DNA from: Parasphingorhabdus sp.
GTDB taxonomy: Bacteria > Pseudomonadota > Alphaproteobacteria > Sphingomonadales > Sphingomonadaceae
NCBI RefSeq assembly: GCF_041748495.1
Contig: NZ_JBGTDD010000058.1
Coordinates: forward strand, 208-64,207
Direction of reading: 5' to 3'
DNA length: 64,000 nt
Shown here: positions 18,925 to 29,155 of the stretch, piece after piece
How positions within the stretch are numbered: the first letter of the stretch is position 1
How the letters are laid out: every line of letters begins with the position of its first letter
Made by a program: the position numbers and the translations under genes
The notes under the pieces: generated by a model
The model's input: the letters and a program-made list of their open reading frames with translations, nothing else
The model's database searches: none
What the model was told of the DNA's origin: nothing

Positions 18925-20124
18925 TTGGCCGGTCGCGACTCTGGTTCAGAAAAGCCCGCGACACAGGTCGTCACCGCTGGTCGGCGGAAAATATGGACGG
19001 GGGCGGTCGTCAATCCGCCGGTATGGCGCGGCAGCACGCACCTTTATGACGATGTGGCCCATCTCCGGGAGGGCCTCAAATCCAATGATGACGGTCAGTT
19101 CTTTTATGGCCGCCGTGGCTCACCGACCCAGTGGTCGCTGGCCGAAGCGCTAACCGAAATGGAACCCGGCGCGGCCGGGACGATGCTATATCCTTCCGGT
19201 GTTGCGGCGATTTCCTGTTCGCTGCTCGCGATATTGCAACCGGGCGACGAGATTCTGCTGACCGACAGCAGTTATGACCCCAGTCGCAGCTTTGCCGATA
19301 GCTTTCTCAAACGGATGGGGATCCGTTCGCGCTATTATGATCCGATGGTCGGGTCGGATATCGCCGCCCTGTTCGGCAGCAGCACCAAGGCGATATTGAT
19401 GGAAAGCCCCGGCAGCCTGACCTTCGAAGTTCAGGATGTACCCGCCATCTGCAAGGCGGCCCATGCGGCGGGCCTTGTCACGCTGCTGGACAATACTTGG
19501 GCAACGTCTCGCTTTTTCCCGGCGCTGGAACAGGGCGTCGATATCACCATCACCGCAGCCACCAAATATATCGTCGGCCATAGCGATGTGATGATGGGTG
19601 CGGTCACCACCCATCACAAATATTGGGGGCGTCTCCGGCGCACGGCCCAGCAACTCGGCCAGATAGTCTCCCCCGACGATGCCTATCTTGCCGCGCGCGG
19701 TCTCCGGACGCTGGAAGTCCGGCTGCGCCAGCATGAAGCCAGTGCCTTGAAAATTGCCCATTGGCTGAAAACCCGGCCCGAAGTCGGCCTCGTTCTCCAT
19801 CCGGCCCTGCCTGATTGCCCGGGTCACGAGATATGGAAACGCGATTTCACCGGGTCATCTGGCCTGTTTTCATTTCAGCTCAGGGAGGCTGACGACCGGT
19901 CGCGCGCTGCCTTCATCGACGCGCTGGCGCTGTTCGGCATCGGCTACAGCTGGGGCGGCTTCGAGAGCCTCGCGCTTCCGGTCGATCCGCAGAAACATCG
20001 CACGGCCACCGAGTGGACCGCCGGCGGTGCATTCGTCCGGCTTCATGTCGGCCTGGAAGACCCGGACGATTTGATCGCGGACCTTGCCAAAGCATTTGAA
20101 CATTACCACAGTGCACAATCATGA
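18925..20124 (+). CDS. metC: cystathionine beta-lyase (PLP, Cys/Met metabolism family)
   Basis: ORF 18925..20124 (TTG start, uncertain). VVNPPVWRGSTHLY is present and the PLP lysine block is ATKYIVGHSDVMMG. Confidence 0.82.
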   Translation: MAGRDSGSEKPATQVVTAGRRKIWTGAVVNPPVWRGSTHLYDDVAHLREGLKSNDDGQFFYGRRGSPTQWSLAEALTEMEPGAAGTMLYPSGVAAISCSLLAILQPGDEILLTDSSYDPSRSFADSFLKRMGIRSRYYDPMVGSDIAALFGSSTKAILMESPGSLTFEVQDVPAICKAAHAAGLVTLLDNTWATSRFFPALEQGVDITITAATKYIVGHSDVMMGAVTTHHKYWGRLRRTAQQLGQIVSPDDAYLAARGLRTLEVRLRQHEASALKIAHWLKTRPEVGLVLHPALPDCPGHEIWKRDFTGSSGLFSFQLREADDRSRAAFIDALALFGIGYSWGGFESLALPVDPQKHRTATEWTAGGAFVRLHVGLEDPDDLIADLAKAFEHYHSAQS

Positions 20125-21458
20125 TCGATAATGCCCTCACCTATATTGAATCTTTGGCGCCCGACATTCCCCGCAATGTCCAGTATATCGAAGGTGCCAT
20201 TGCTGCCGGACTGGTCGCGCTGGCACTGACCGCCGGCTGGTATCTCAGCAAATATATCGGCCCCAAGCTGCGCCACCTCTGGGAAGCGCGGGCCGGCTAT
20301 GAGAGCGAACTGGCCGGTCGGCGCATCAGGGACATGACCCGGCGCGCAACCACATTCATATTATGCGGGATTTTTCTGGCTGCTTATCCCTGGCATCTCA
20401 TTGCACAGGTGGTCTTTGCCCTGACCATCGCGATCACCGTTGGCCTGTTTGCCAATGACCTGATCCGCGGCGTGCGTATGCCAGACTGGCTGGGGACCAT
20501 CATCGGTTTGGCGCTTTTCGTGAGTATCGGATCGGGATTGGTTGGCGGGATCGAACCGATTAGCGAAGCCATGGACAAGGTCGGCTTCAACATCGGTACC
20601 CGAAGAATTTCGCTGCTCTGGATCGTGACCATGGCGATCACCGCCGTCATGCTGCTCGCGGTGGCCCGCGTGCTGATGAGGCTGGTGTCGTATATTATTG
20701 GCAACAGCGAACTGGACGGCGCCCAAAAGGTTCTCGGCCAGAAATTGGCGACCGTTGCCATATTGGCCGGAGCCTTCGTTCTTGGTCTGGATTTGCTCGG
20801 GATTGACCTTACCGCTCTGGCTGTCTTCTCTGGTGCCTTCGGTCTCGCCATCGGTTTCGGCATGCAGAAGACAATCGGTAATCTGTTCGCCGGGATCATC
20901 CTGTTGATGGACCGCTCGATCAAGCCGGGTGACGTGATCGCGGTCGGCGACAGCTTTGGCTGGGTCAACAAGATTGGCGTCCGCGCGGTCTCGGTTCTCA
21001 CCCGCGAGGGCAAGGAACATTTGATCCCGAACGAGGACCTGATGACACGGGAAGTTGAAAACTGGTCCTATTCCAACCCCAATGTCCGGATCAGCATCCC
21101 CGTCGGCGTGTCCTATGACACCGACATGGACCAGGCAATTGATCTGATGAAACAGGCCTGCGTCGATGTCCCGCGCGTGCTCCATCACCCCAAACCCGTC
21201 GTCTGGATGTTGGAATTTGGCGACAATAGCGTCAATTTTGAAATCCGCTGCTGGATCATGGATCCGCAATCAGGTGTCGGGAATTTCAAGGCCGCGATCC
21301 TGAAACGGGTCTGGGACCTGTTCAAGGAACATCAGATTGAAATCCCTTTCCCGCAGCGCGTTATGCATATCAAATCAATGCCGCAGGAGGCAATCGCAAA
21401 ACTTGAAGCCGGCTCGAAACAGACGACCAATCCAGCAGAATCGCCAGCGACCGAATAA
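20121..21458 (+). CDS. MscS-family mechanosensitive channel
   Basis: ORF 20121..21458 (445 aa) with several N-terminal TM helices. The MscS core is GFGMQKTIGNLFAGIILLMDRSIKPGDVI. Confidence 0.85.
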   Translation: MIDNALTYIESLAPDIPRNVQYIEGAIAAGLVALALTAGWYLSKYIGPKLRHLWEARAGYESELAGRRIRDMTRRATTFILCGIFLAAYPWHLIAQVVFALTIAITVGLFANDLIRGVRMPDWLGTIIGLALFVSIGSGLVGGIEPISEAMDKVGFNIGTRRISLLWIVTMAITAVMLLAVARVLMRLVSYIIGNSELDGAQKVLGQKLATVAILAGAFVLGLDLLGIDLTALAVFSGAFGLAIGFGMQKTIGNLFAGIILLMDRSIKPGDVIAVGDSFGWVNKIGVRAVSVLTREGKEHLIPNEDLMTREVENWSYSNPNVRISIPVGVSYDTDMDQAIDLMKQACVDVPRVLHHPKPVVWMLEFGDNSVNFEIRCWIMDPQSGVGNFKAAILKRVWDLFKEHQIEIPFPQRVMHIKSMPQEAIAKLEAGSKQTTNPAESPATE

Positions 21459-21761
21459 ATGAGATTGGGAATATGGAATCGCGATAGCAAGGGTACGAAC
21501 CATCAAATGACGCTTTATTAATCAGCCCAGATCAAATCCGCCTAAATTTTAAGCGGCCAGTTTCCGCTTTGTGGCGCAAGTGCAACATTTCATAATTATG
21601 TCACCTTTCCTGTCGCTTTCTTTCTTGTGCAGCGCAATAATATAGAGCAAATTTCCATTGCATGTTTAGAGACTGTTCGCGTTCGGGGCATCTGGCGCAA
21701 TAAAAAGACAGCCAAGACAGAATCAGGAGGGGCGATACGCATTAACGAGAAAGGGATTTCC

Positions 21762-22547
21762 ATGCGCACGTCCAGTAAAAATATTCTTGGCAGAAAAGCC
21801 AAATCAACCTTCGCCGGCCTTTCGGCTATCTTGTTGGCCTCCACGGCCGCTCCCGCTTTCGCTCAGGATGCAGCGGAAGAACCATCTGCCAGCGCGTTCA
21901 CCATCTCCGGAAACGCGGCCGTCACATCCGACTATCGCTTTCGCGGTGTCGCGCAGTCGGGCGGCGATGTAGCCATTCAAGGCGGTATCGATATTGGCCA
22001 TGAAAGCGGCTTCTATATCGGAACCTGGGGCTCCTCGATCAACTTTGCCGGTGGCACCGAGATCGACATTTACGGTGGCTGGTCGGGCGAGATAGCATCC
22101 GGCATTTCCGCGGACGTTGGATTGCTCTATTATTTCTATCCGGACGCCGGCGGTGTTGGCGGCGGGGCAACCGATTTCTTTGAACCTTATGCTTCCATAT
22201 CCGCAACCCTGGGTCCGGTCGAAGCCACGGTGGGCGCTGCCTATTCCTGGAGCGGACAAAGTGCGCTGGCCAATCAGGACAATATTTACATCTACACCGA
22301 CCTCAGCACGGGCATTCCGAATACACCGCTGACCGTGAACGCGCATCTCGGATATTCGAGCGGCAACAGTTTTCTCAGCACCCTTCAGGGAACCGACAAT
22401 AATTACGTCGATTGGTCCTTGGGCGTTGATTATGCCATCACGGAAAATCTGACGCTAGGCGTAGCATATACCGATACCGACGACTCTCCGGCGCAGAAAG
22501 ATTTCACCGACTCCGCGTTTATCTTCACTCTCGGCGTATCCTTCTAA
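21762..22547 (+). CDS. TorF-family putative outer-membrane porin (TIGR02001-type beta-barrel)
   Basis: ORF 21627..22547. The start is at ATG 21762 after GAGAAAGGG. It has a signal peptide ending AFAQD. SGNAAVTSDYRFRGVAQSGGDVAIQGGIDI...GFYIGTWGSS...EIDIYGGW is the family signature, and the protein ends in a C-terminal F. Confidence 0.8.
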   Translation: MRTSSKNILGRKAKSTFAGLSAILLASTAAPAFAQDAAEEPSASAFTISGNAAVTSDYRFRGVAQSGGDVAIQGGIDIGHESGFYIGTWGSSINFAGGTEIDIYGGWSGEIASGISADVGLLYYFYPDAGGVGGGATDFFEPYASISATLGPVEATVGAAYSWSGQSALANQDNIYIYTDLSTGIPNTPLTVNAHLGYSSGNSFLSTLQGTDNNYVDWSLGVDYAITENLTLGVAYTDTDDSPAQKDFTDSAFIFTLGVSF

Positions 22548-22572
22548 ATTCACAAAAGCCACGCTGGAAAGG

Positions 22573-22605
22573 GGGCCGCTCGCACCATCGAGTGGCCCTT
22601 TTTTT
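22573..22605. terminator. bidirectional intrinsic terminator between convergent porin and ABC ATPase genes
   Basis: GGGCCGCTCGcaccatCGAGTGGCCC hairpin flanked by GGAAAGGG on one side and TTTTTTT on the other. It lies between stop codons at 22547 (+) and 22604 (-). Confidence 0.75.
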
Positions 22606-24151
22606 AACTGGCTGCGATGAGTTTCCGTGTCGCCGGATGGCGGGGATCATCGATAACGGCCTGCATCGGACCGGTTTCCACGATCCTCCCCTCTTCCATC
22701 ACTGCTATCCGGTGGCACAATCTGCGCGCGGCGGCGATATCGTGGGTGATAAACAGCAGGCTCAATCCATATTCGTCCTGCAGCCGACGGAGCAGCTTGA
22801 GAATTTCCGCACCGACCAGAGGATCCAGCGCCGATGTGGCCTCATCCAGCACCAGCAACCGAGGTTCAGCAATGATAGCCCGCGCAATCGCGACCCGCTG
22901 CGCCTGACCGCCCGACAAACTGGCCGGAAGACGGGTGAGAAAATCCTCTGCCAGATCGACATCCGACAATATTTGCCGAGCCCGCTGATTGCGTTCAACC
23001 CTGGTCAGTTCGGGACATAGATTGCGCAACGGTTCGGTGACAATGTCCTCGATGCGCCATTGCGGATCGAGGCTGGCGACCGGGTCCTGAAAAACCGGCT
23101 GGATCAACCGGCGCATGTCCAGGCTGCGCTTCCGGCGTTCAGGAAGTCTTGCCCCTTTCCAGAGGATTTCACCATCGCTTATCGGCCCAATAGCGGCGAT
23201 CGCTCGCCCGAGAGTGGACTTCCCGGACCCCGACCCACCGACAACCGCGAGTGATTCGCATTCCCGTACCATGATACTCGCATCAGCCAATGCCCGAATT
23301 TTGCCCCGGTGCCAGCCGGGCCGGGCAAAATCGACTCCCAGGCCTCTGGTTTCCAGCAACGGCTCACCGGGCCTGGAAAGCTCGGGCCTCGGCTCTTCGA
23401 GACGGGGTGTGGCAGCGATCAGCCGTTTCGTATAATCTTCCACGGGATTGGCGATCATGGCGCCAGCCGGACCGCTTTCCACCACCCGCCCCTGTTCCAT
23501 CACCACCAGTTGATCGGCATGCCCCTCGACGGACGCGAGGTCGTGGCTCACCAGCAAGACTCCCAGACCCCGTTCGGTACGCAATTCATCGAGCAGGGTC
23601 ATGATCTCAGCCCGCAAGGACGCATCCAGGGCACTGGTCGGTTCGTCGGCTACCAGCAGTTTGGGTCCATGGGCAATAGCAGCGGCGATCATCACGCGCT
23701 GGCGCTCGCCGCCGGACAGCCGATGTGGAAACTGGTCGAGCCGCTCATCTGCCCGCGAGAGACCAACGCGCTCCAGCTTTCGTGCCAGGTCAGTTCGTGT
23801 TGGCCGTGCCGATCCAGCCTGCATTGTCGCTTCCTGCAAATGGGCGCCGACCGTCAGATGGGGAGTCAGTGCGGTCAAGGGCTGCTGGAACACAAATCCG
23901 GTTAGCCTGCTCCGGGCTTCGCGCAATTGCCGGGCGCTGGCGCCGACCAGATCAATCCCGGCCAGTCTGACGGAACCTTGAACGTCGGCTGGAGTCAGGC
24001 CAAATGGCGACAGGCAGGTAAGACTTTTGCCAGAGCCCGATGCACCGATGAGAGCGGTGCATCGGCCCGCCTCGACGGTCAGGCTGATCTCCTCGACCAG
24101 GCGTTTGTCGGCGATGGCCACCGACATGTTGCGGATTTCATAGAGGCTCAC
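22604..24151 (-). CDS. ABC transporter ATP-binding protein with two fused ATPase domains (peptide/opine/nickel, YejF-like)
   Basis: ORF 22604..24151 (515 aa, GTG start). It has two Walker A sites (GASGSGKS, GGSGSGKST) and two LSGG signatures. Confidence 0.88.
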   Translation of the reverse strand: MSLYEIRNMSVAIADKRLVEEISLTVEAGRCTALIGASGSGKSLTCLSPFGLTPADVQGSVRLAGIDLVGASARQLREARSRLTGFVFQQPLTALTPHLTVGAHLQEATMQAGSARPTRTDLARKLERVGLSRADERLDQFPHRLSGGERQRVMIAAAIAHGPKLLVADEPTSALDASLRAEIMTLLDELRTERGLGVLLVSHDLASVEGHADQLVVMEQGRVVESGPAGAMIANPVEDYTKRLIAATPRLEEPRPELSRPGEPLLETRGLGVDFARPGWHRGKIRALADASIMVRECESLAVVGGSGSGKSTLGRAIAAIGPISDGEILWKGARLPERRKRSLDMRRLIQPVFQDPVASLDPQWRIEDIVTEPLRNLCPELTRVERNQRARQILSDVDLAEDFLTRLPASLSGGQAQRVAIARAIIAEPRLLVLDEATSALDPLVGAEILKLLRRLQDEYGLSLLFITHDIAAARRLCHRIAVMEEGRIVETGPMQAVIDDPRHPATRKLIAAS

Positions 24152-24936
24152 GAAAAGCGGTCTCTCAACCGTTCGCCCTCAATCGTCAGGCAAACCAGGA
24201 TCACCACGAGCAGCCCGCCAGGCAACGCTAGGCCAAGCGGCGTCATATACATGTCGTCGGCGCCTTCCTTGACCAATATCCCGAGCGAAGTCAGCGGTTC
24301 CTGCACCCCCAGCCCGAGAAAGGAGAGAAAGCTCTCGACCATCACCACCTGCGGCACGGTCAGCATCAGATAGGCCAGCGCGACACCGGCGATATTGGGC
24401 AAGATATGGCGCAGGATGATCGTGAGCGATGGCGTCCCCGCGGCTTCGGCGGCAAGAATGAAGGGGCGCTGTTTCAGTGCCATCACCTGCCCCCGGACCA
24501 CCCGCGCCATCGTCAGCCATTCGACCAGCCCGATGCCGACAAACACCAGCAATATCGAACGCCCGAATAGCACCATCAGCAATATGACGATGAACATGAA
24601 AGGCAAGGCATAGAGCCCGTCAACGAAACGCATCATGACTTCGTCGGTTCTGCCCCCGATCCAGCCTGCGGTTGCGCCCCAGGCAATGCCGACGATCAGC
24701 GAAACCAGCGCAGCGGCAATCGCGACCATCAGCGTGATCTGGGTGCCCGCCGCCAACCGCGCCAGACGGTCGCGGCCGATTTCATCAGTGCCGAACAGGT
24801 GCGAATCGCTGAATGCCGGTGCGCGAACCGCATTCCAGTCGATCTGATCATAGTTCCACGGGAGCAGGAACGGGAGCAGTAGTGCCAGCGTCACAATGGC
24901 AAGAACCAGTAAAAGGCCAAGATGGCGTTTCAGCAT
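24148..24936 (-). CDS. ABC transporter permease (DppC/YejE-like)
   Basis: ORF 24148..24975 with BPD-transporter-type TM topology. The start is probably ATG 24936 (MLKRHLGLLLV). Confidence 0.85.
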   Translation of the reverse strand: MLKRHLGLLLVLAIVTLALLLPFLLPWNYDQIDWNAVRAPAFSDSHLFGTDEIGRDRLARLAAGTQITLMVAIAAALVSLIVGIAWGATAGWIGGRTDEVMMRFVDGLYALPFMFIVILLMVLFGRSILLVFVGIGLVEWLTMARVVRGQVMALKQRPFILAAEAAGTPSLTIILRHILPNIAGVALAYLMLTVPQVVMVESFLSFLGLGVQEPLTSLGILVKEGADDMYMTPLGLALPGGLLVVILVCLTIEGERLRDRFS

Positions 24937-24940
24937 AGCA

Positions 24941-25861
24941 TCACTCTTCCCGCATTCTGGGATCGAGCCAGCCATAGATCAGGTCGGCAAACAGGTTGAA
25001 CAGGATGATCAGCGCCGCGTAAAGCGTGACCACGCCCAGCACGAGCGGATAATCGCGGTTGAGCGCGCCCTGGACAAAATAGCGCCCCAGACCCGGCAAT
25101 CCGAAGACGGTTTCGACTACGACCGCTCCGGTCAAAAGGCCAGCCGCTGCTGGACCAAGATAGCTCGCTACCGGTACCAGCGAGGGTCTAAGTCCATGCT
25201 TTAGCAAGATCTTGACTTCCGGCAACCCGCGGGCCCGGGCCGAGCGGATATGATCCTGTTTGAGCACACTGGCCAATCCAGCGCGGGTGAGCTTGGCGAT
25301 GGCTCCCGACACCGGCAGCGCCAGCGCCACCACCGGCAATATCAACCAGGTACCGCCATGTCCCGTTCCCGAGACTGGCAGCAATCCAAGCCACAAACCA
25401 AAGAATAGCGCCAGCGCGGGACCGGTGACGAACGTCGGCAGCGCTGTCGCAATCGTAGCCAGCATCATGATCGTCTTGTCGGCGCCCCGTCCCGCTCGCA
25501 CCGCAGAAAAAAGTCCAGCGGTCACTCCGATCAGCAGCGCCAGCCCTATTGCCAGTCCCCCCAAAGCCAAGGAAATGGGCAGACCTTGAGCGATCAGTTC
25601 CGATACGGTGAAGTCGCGGTAGACCAGAGACGGTCCGAAATCCCCTTGCACCAGCCGCGACAGATAGAGCCAAGCCTGCTCCCACAGCGGCCGATCCAAT
25701 CCATAAGCCTGCTGCAGCGCCGCCTGCGTTTCCGGATCCAGCGGCCGTTCGCCATCAAAGGGCCCGCCGGGCGCCAACCGCATCAGGAAGAAAGATGCCA
25801 AGATGATCACCAGCAGGGTCGGGATGGCCGTCAGCAACCGCCGGGTGATCAAAGCCAGCAC
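24941..25861 (-). CDS. ABC transporter permease (DppB/YejB-like)
   Basis: ORF 24941..25861 (306 aa). It begins MLALITRRLLTAIPTLLVIILASFFLMRLAPGGPF, the typical DppB-type N-terminus. Confidence 0.85.
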   Translation of the reverse strand: MLALITRRLLTAIPTLLVIILASFFLMRLAPGGPFDGERPLDPETQAALQQAYGLDRPLWEQAWLYLSRLVQGDFGPSLVYRDFTVSELIAQGLPISLALGGLAIGLALLIGVTAGLFSAVRAGRGADKTIMMLATIATALPTFVTGPALALFFGLWLGLLPVSGTGHGGTWLILPVVALALPVSGAIAKLTRAGLASVLKQDHIRSARARGLPEVKILLKHGLRPSLVPVASYLGPAAAGLLTGAVVVETVFGLPGLGRYFVQGALNRDYPLVLGVVTLYAALIILFNLFADLIYGWLDPRMREE

Positions 25862-25867
25862 GTGCCG

Positions 25868-27013
25868 CTACAGCTCCATCGCGCCGAAACAGCTCCGCAC
25901 TTCGGCAAGGAATAATTCCGGCACTTCCATCGCCGCGAAATGACCGCCGCGTTCCGCTTCGCCCCAATAGCGCAAATCCCTGAACCGCTGTTCGGCCCAG
26001 CGGCGCGAGGGGGTGATGATTTCATCCGGGAAGATGCTGCAACCCGACGGAATGGTGACCGGATCGATATTGGGGGCACCGAAGCTCTCGCGGTACAGCC
26101 GCGCCGAGGAAGCGCCAGCGTTGTTGAGCCAGTAAATCATCACATTATCGAGCAAATGGTCACAATCGAAATTGTCATCCGGGGCCTTGGCACCATCGGA
26201 CCAGCCCTGGAATTTCTCCATGATCCACGCCATTTGGCCAACCGGAGAATCCGCCAGACCATAGCCCAATGTCTGCGGGCGGGTTCGCTGGATTTCTGCA
26301 TAGCCAGCGCCCTGCGACTGATAGACCGCAAAATGGGCGAGCGAGGCCTGCTCCTCCGGCGTCGGATTGGTCATGATCTCTGCGGAAGGCGAGCCAACGA
26401 TGACCAGATTGACATGAATGCCGGCGCAGCGTCCGAGATCTTGCGCGCCAATGACCGATGTCACCATGCCACCCCAGTCGCCACCCTGCGCAAAATAGCG
26501 CTCATAGCCCAGCCGTGTCATCAGCGTGTCCCAGGCAGTGGCAATTTTTTCGATACCCCATCCGGTCGTGGTCGGCTTGCCGGAAAAGCCATATCCGGGC
26601 AAAGATGGCACCACCAGATGATAGGCATCTTTCGCCTCGCCTCCATAAGCGGCCGGATCGGTCAGCGGCCCGATCACATCCATGAACTCGACGATCGAGC
26701 CGGGCCAGCCATGGGTCATGATCAGTGGCCGGGCATCAGGTTCCGGCGAACGGATATGCATGAAGTGGATATCAACCCCATCAATCTCGGTCAGATGATG
26801 GTCATAACGGTTGAGCGCATCCTGACAGCGCTTCCAGTCATAGCTGGTTCGCCAATGATCGACGATGGTCTTGACATAGTCCAGCGGAATGCCTTGAGAC
26901 CAGTCCTCGACCGGCTCCGGATCGGGCCAGCGCACATGCCGCAACCTGATGTCGAGATCGTCCAGCGCCGTCTTCGGAATATCAATTCTAAAGTCTCTGA
27001 TTTCGTCGCTCAC
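25868..27013 (-). CDS. epoxide hydrolase (microsomal-EH-like N-domain plus alpha/beta hydrolase)
   Basis: ORF 25868..27013 (381 aa). FRIDIPKTALDDLDIRLRHVRWP...DGVDIHFMHIRSPEPDARPLIMTHGWPGSIVEF is the EHN-domain plus HGWP oxyanion motif. Confidence 0.85.
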   Translation of the reverse strand: MSDEIRDFRIDIPKTALDDLDIRLRHVRWPDPEPVEDWSQGIPLDYVKTIVDHWRTSYDWKRCQDALNRYDHHLTEIDGVDIHFMHIRSPEPDARPLIMTHGWPGSIVEFMDVIGPLTDPAAYGGEAKDAYHLVVPSLPGYGFSGKPTTTGWGIEKIATAWDTLMTRLGYERYFAQGGDWGGMVTSVIGAQDLGRCAGIHVNLVIVGSPSAEIMTNPTPEEQASLAHFAVYQSQGAGYAEIQRTRPQTLGYGLADSPVGQMAWIMEKFQGWSDGAKAPDDNFDCDHLLDNVMIYWLNNAGASSARLYRESFGAPNIDPVTIPSGCSIFPDEIITPSRRWAEQRFRDLRYWGEAERGGHFAAMEVPELFLAEVRSCFGAMEL

Positions 27014-27108
27014 AGTCCGTCATCCTCTTTTGGCTCGCCCCTGAAAGTAAAGGCGGTTTTCCTTCGACCTGCCCGCACCGAAACAGCTCGGGATGACAGA
27101 GATTACGC

Positions 27109-27978
27109 CTACATCGTTGGAACCGGTGTCTCCCCGGAATAATCATAAAAGCCCTTGCCGGTCTTGCGGCCCAGCCAACCAGCCTCGACATATTTACACA
27201 GGATCGGTGCCGGGCGATATTTGGGATCGCCAAAGTCATTTTGCAGAACCCGCAATATTTCCAGCAATGTATCGAGGCCAATCAGGTCAGCCAATGTGAT
27301 CGGACCCATCGGATGACCCAGACCCAGTTGCACGCCGCGGTCGATATCCTGCATCGAGGCCGTGCCTTCGCCGAGCGCAAAAAACGCCTCGTTGAGCATC
27401 GGCAGCAAGATCCGGTTGACGACAAAGCAAGGAGAATCCTTTGCCATGACCGGGGTCTTGCCAACGGCCTTGGCAAAATCAGCTGCCATCGCCGCTGTCT
27501 GATCGCTGGTCGCCAGTCCACGGATGACTTCGACCAGCCCCATCAAGGGCACCGGATTGAAAAAATGGACGCCGACAAAGCGTGTCGGATCTTTCACCGC
27601 CTGCGCCAGCCGGGTGATCGAAATCGATGATGTGTTGCTGGCGAGAATCGCCTGGTGACCAAGCACTTCGGAGGCTGCGGCGAAAATCTGGCGCTTAACC
27701 TCTTCCCGTTCGGTAGCCGCTTCGATGATGATATCAGCATTGGCCATCGGATCGAGCTGGACGATCGGTTCAATCCGGCCAAGCGCGGTTTCGGCGGCCT
27801 GCTGCTCGATTTTTTCTTTGTCCACCAGCCGCGCCAGCTGTTTCGCGATTCCGGACTTGCTGCGTTCGGCGATTTCCATGCTCACATCGGACAGATAGAC
27901 ATGATAGCCGGCCTGCGCCGAGACCTGTGCGATACCGGCACCCATCTGCCCCGATCCGATAATACCGATTGCTTTCAT
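27109..27978 (-). CDS. 3-hydroxybutyryl-CoA / 3-hydroxyacyl-CoA dehydrogenase
   Basis: ORF 27109..27978 (289 aa). It has a [13 protein letters not shown] Rossmann motif, NTSS, and the HFFNPVP block. Confidence 0.88.
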   Translation of the reverse strand: MKAIGIIGSGQMGAGIAQVSAQAGYHVYLSDVSMEIAERSKSGIAKQLARLVDKEKIEQQAAETALGRIEPIVQLDPMANADIIIEAATEREEVKRQIFAAASEVLGHQAILASNTSSISITRLAQAVKDPTRFVGVHFFNPVPLMGLVEVIRGLATSDQTAAMAADFAKAVGKTPVMAKDSPCFVVNRILLPMLNEAFFALGEGTASMQDIDRGVQLGLGHPMGPITLADLIGLDTLLEILRVLQNDFGDPKYRPAPILCKYVEAGWLGRKTGKGFYDYSGETPVPTM

Positions 27979-28054
27979 TCCATGCCTTTCACGTCATTCA
28001 TCCTGATTCAACAAGCCACTAGCGATTGTCTTTCAAACTGGCTAGATCGCAATT

Positions 28055-29152
28055 ATGACGCCTATCAGTTTCATAGCCGGAATATTTGCGGCCATTGCCA
28101 CGGCCGGCGCTGTGCCAGCCGTGCAGCCCGGAGAAATCCGGACGTTCAAGGACTGGGCCGTCGGTTGCGATAACGGCGCCGATTGTCAGGCAGTCTCGTT
28201 GATGCCGGAAGCGAGCGGAGCGGTTCCTGATGACTGGGAAGGTCCGATCTCGATCATTCGAACCGCAGGCAGCGATGACATTTTCAAGATTCACATCTTG
28301 TTCCAGCCCAAGCAAGTCGATCGGTACAAGATGATTGTCGATGGCAGGCTGGTCGACACCGGTCCTATTGTGCAGGGCGATTATCCCATCCAAATCGTAG
28401 GAACGGATGCCAGGAAAGTGGCTCAAGCCATCATCAGCGGCAACCGGCTTGTCATTGAGGGGCCAGATGATGAAATCATCGCCCGGGTTTCGCTGGCGGG
28501 ATCATCCGCTGCCTTACGCTACATCGACCAGAAACAGGGTCGCGATGGCACCGGAACGGCTTTGGTCGCCAAGGGGTCACGCGCATTTCGGCCCGCAGTG
28601 ACCAAAATTCCGACGATCTCTGTCGATCGCTGGGACGCAGCGAAGCGGGTCCCGGAAACCGGCGATATCATTGCCCTCGCGGAAGATTCCCGGTGCAAGC
28701 AAGAGCGCTTTGGCGTGGTCGAGGACCAGATTTTCCCCCTTGGCAAGCGCGGCAACGTCTATCGGGCACTGGTGCTGATTTCCTGCGGCACGGGAGCCTA
28801 TAATTTTTCTAGCGCGCCTTATATCGGAGAATATGTGGAAAACCTGCGCGCCACCAGTGGCTGGACATTCGCTCCGGCCAAATTTGACCGGCAGCCCAGC
28901 TGGGGCGGCGAAGGCGCTGATCCCTTGCTGGTCAACGCCAACTGGAACGATCAGGACCGGACGCTGGCCAGCTATGGCAAGGGGCGCGGCATAGGCGACT
29001 GCGGCAGCGCGGAAAATTATGTCTGGGACGGCATCATGTTTCGCCTGATCGCAGCATCCGCGATGCAGGAATGTCGCGGTGCGTTTGAATGGATCACGAC
29101 CTGGCGCGCCAATCACCGTCCGCTGGAACAGGTCGTGTCTGCCACCGACTAA
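28055..29152 (+). CDS. DUF1176 domain-containing periplasmic protein
   Basis: ORF 28055..29152 (365 aa). It has a signal peptide, FKDWAVGCDNGADCQAVSL, and conserved Cys pairs as in DUF1176. Recognition is from memory. Confidence 0.6.
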   Translation: MTPISFIAGIFAAIATAGAVPAVQPGEIRTFKDWAVGCDNGADCQAVSLMPEASGAVPDDWEGPISIIRTAGSDDIFKIHILFQPKQVDRYKMIVDGRLVDTGPIVQGDYPIQIVGTDARKVAQAIISGNRLVIEGPDDEIIARVSLAGSSAALRYIDQKQGRDGTGTALVAKGSRAFRPAVTKIPTISVDRWDAAKRVPETGDIIALAEDSRCKQERFGVVEDQIFPLGKRGNVYRALVLISCGTGAYNFSSAPYIGEYVENLRATSGWTFAPAKFDRQPSWGGEGADPLLVNANWNDQDRTLASYGKGRGIGDCGSAENYVWDGIMFRLIAASAMQECRGAFEWITTWRANHRPLEQVVSATD

Positions 29153-29155
29153 ACA

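Noticed and set aside
25940-27142. 400-aa + strand ORF. Similar long antisense ORFs occur at 9699-10643, 12025-13317, 36430-37512, 42427-43416, 42702-43739, 44259-45188, 53808-54956 and 57531-58220.
   Set aside because: Each fully overlaps a gene with strong family signatures on the other strand or in another frame, and none shows motifs of its own.
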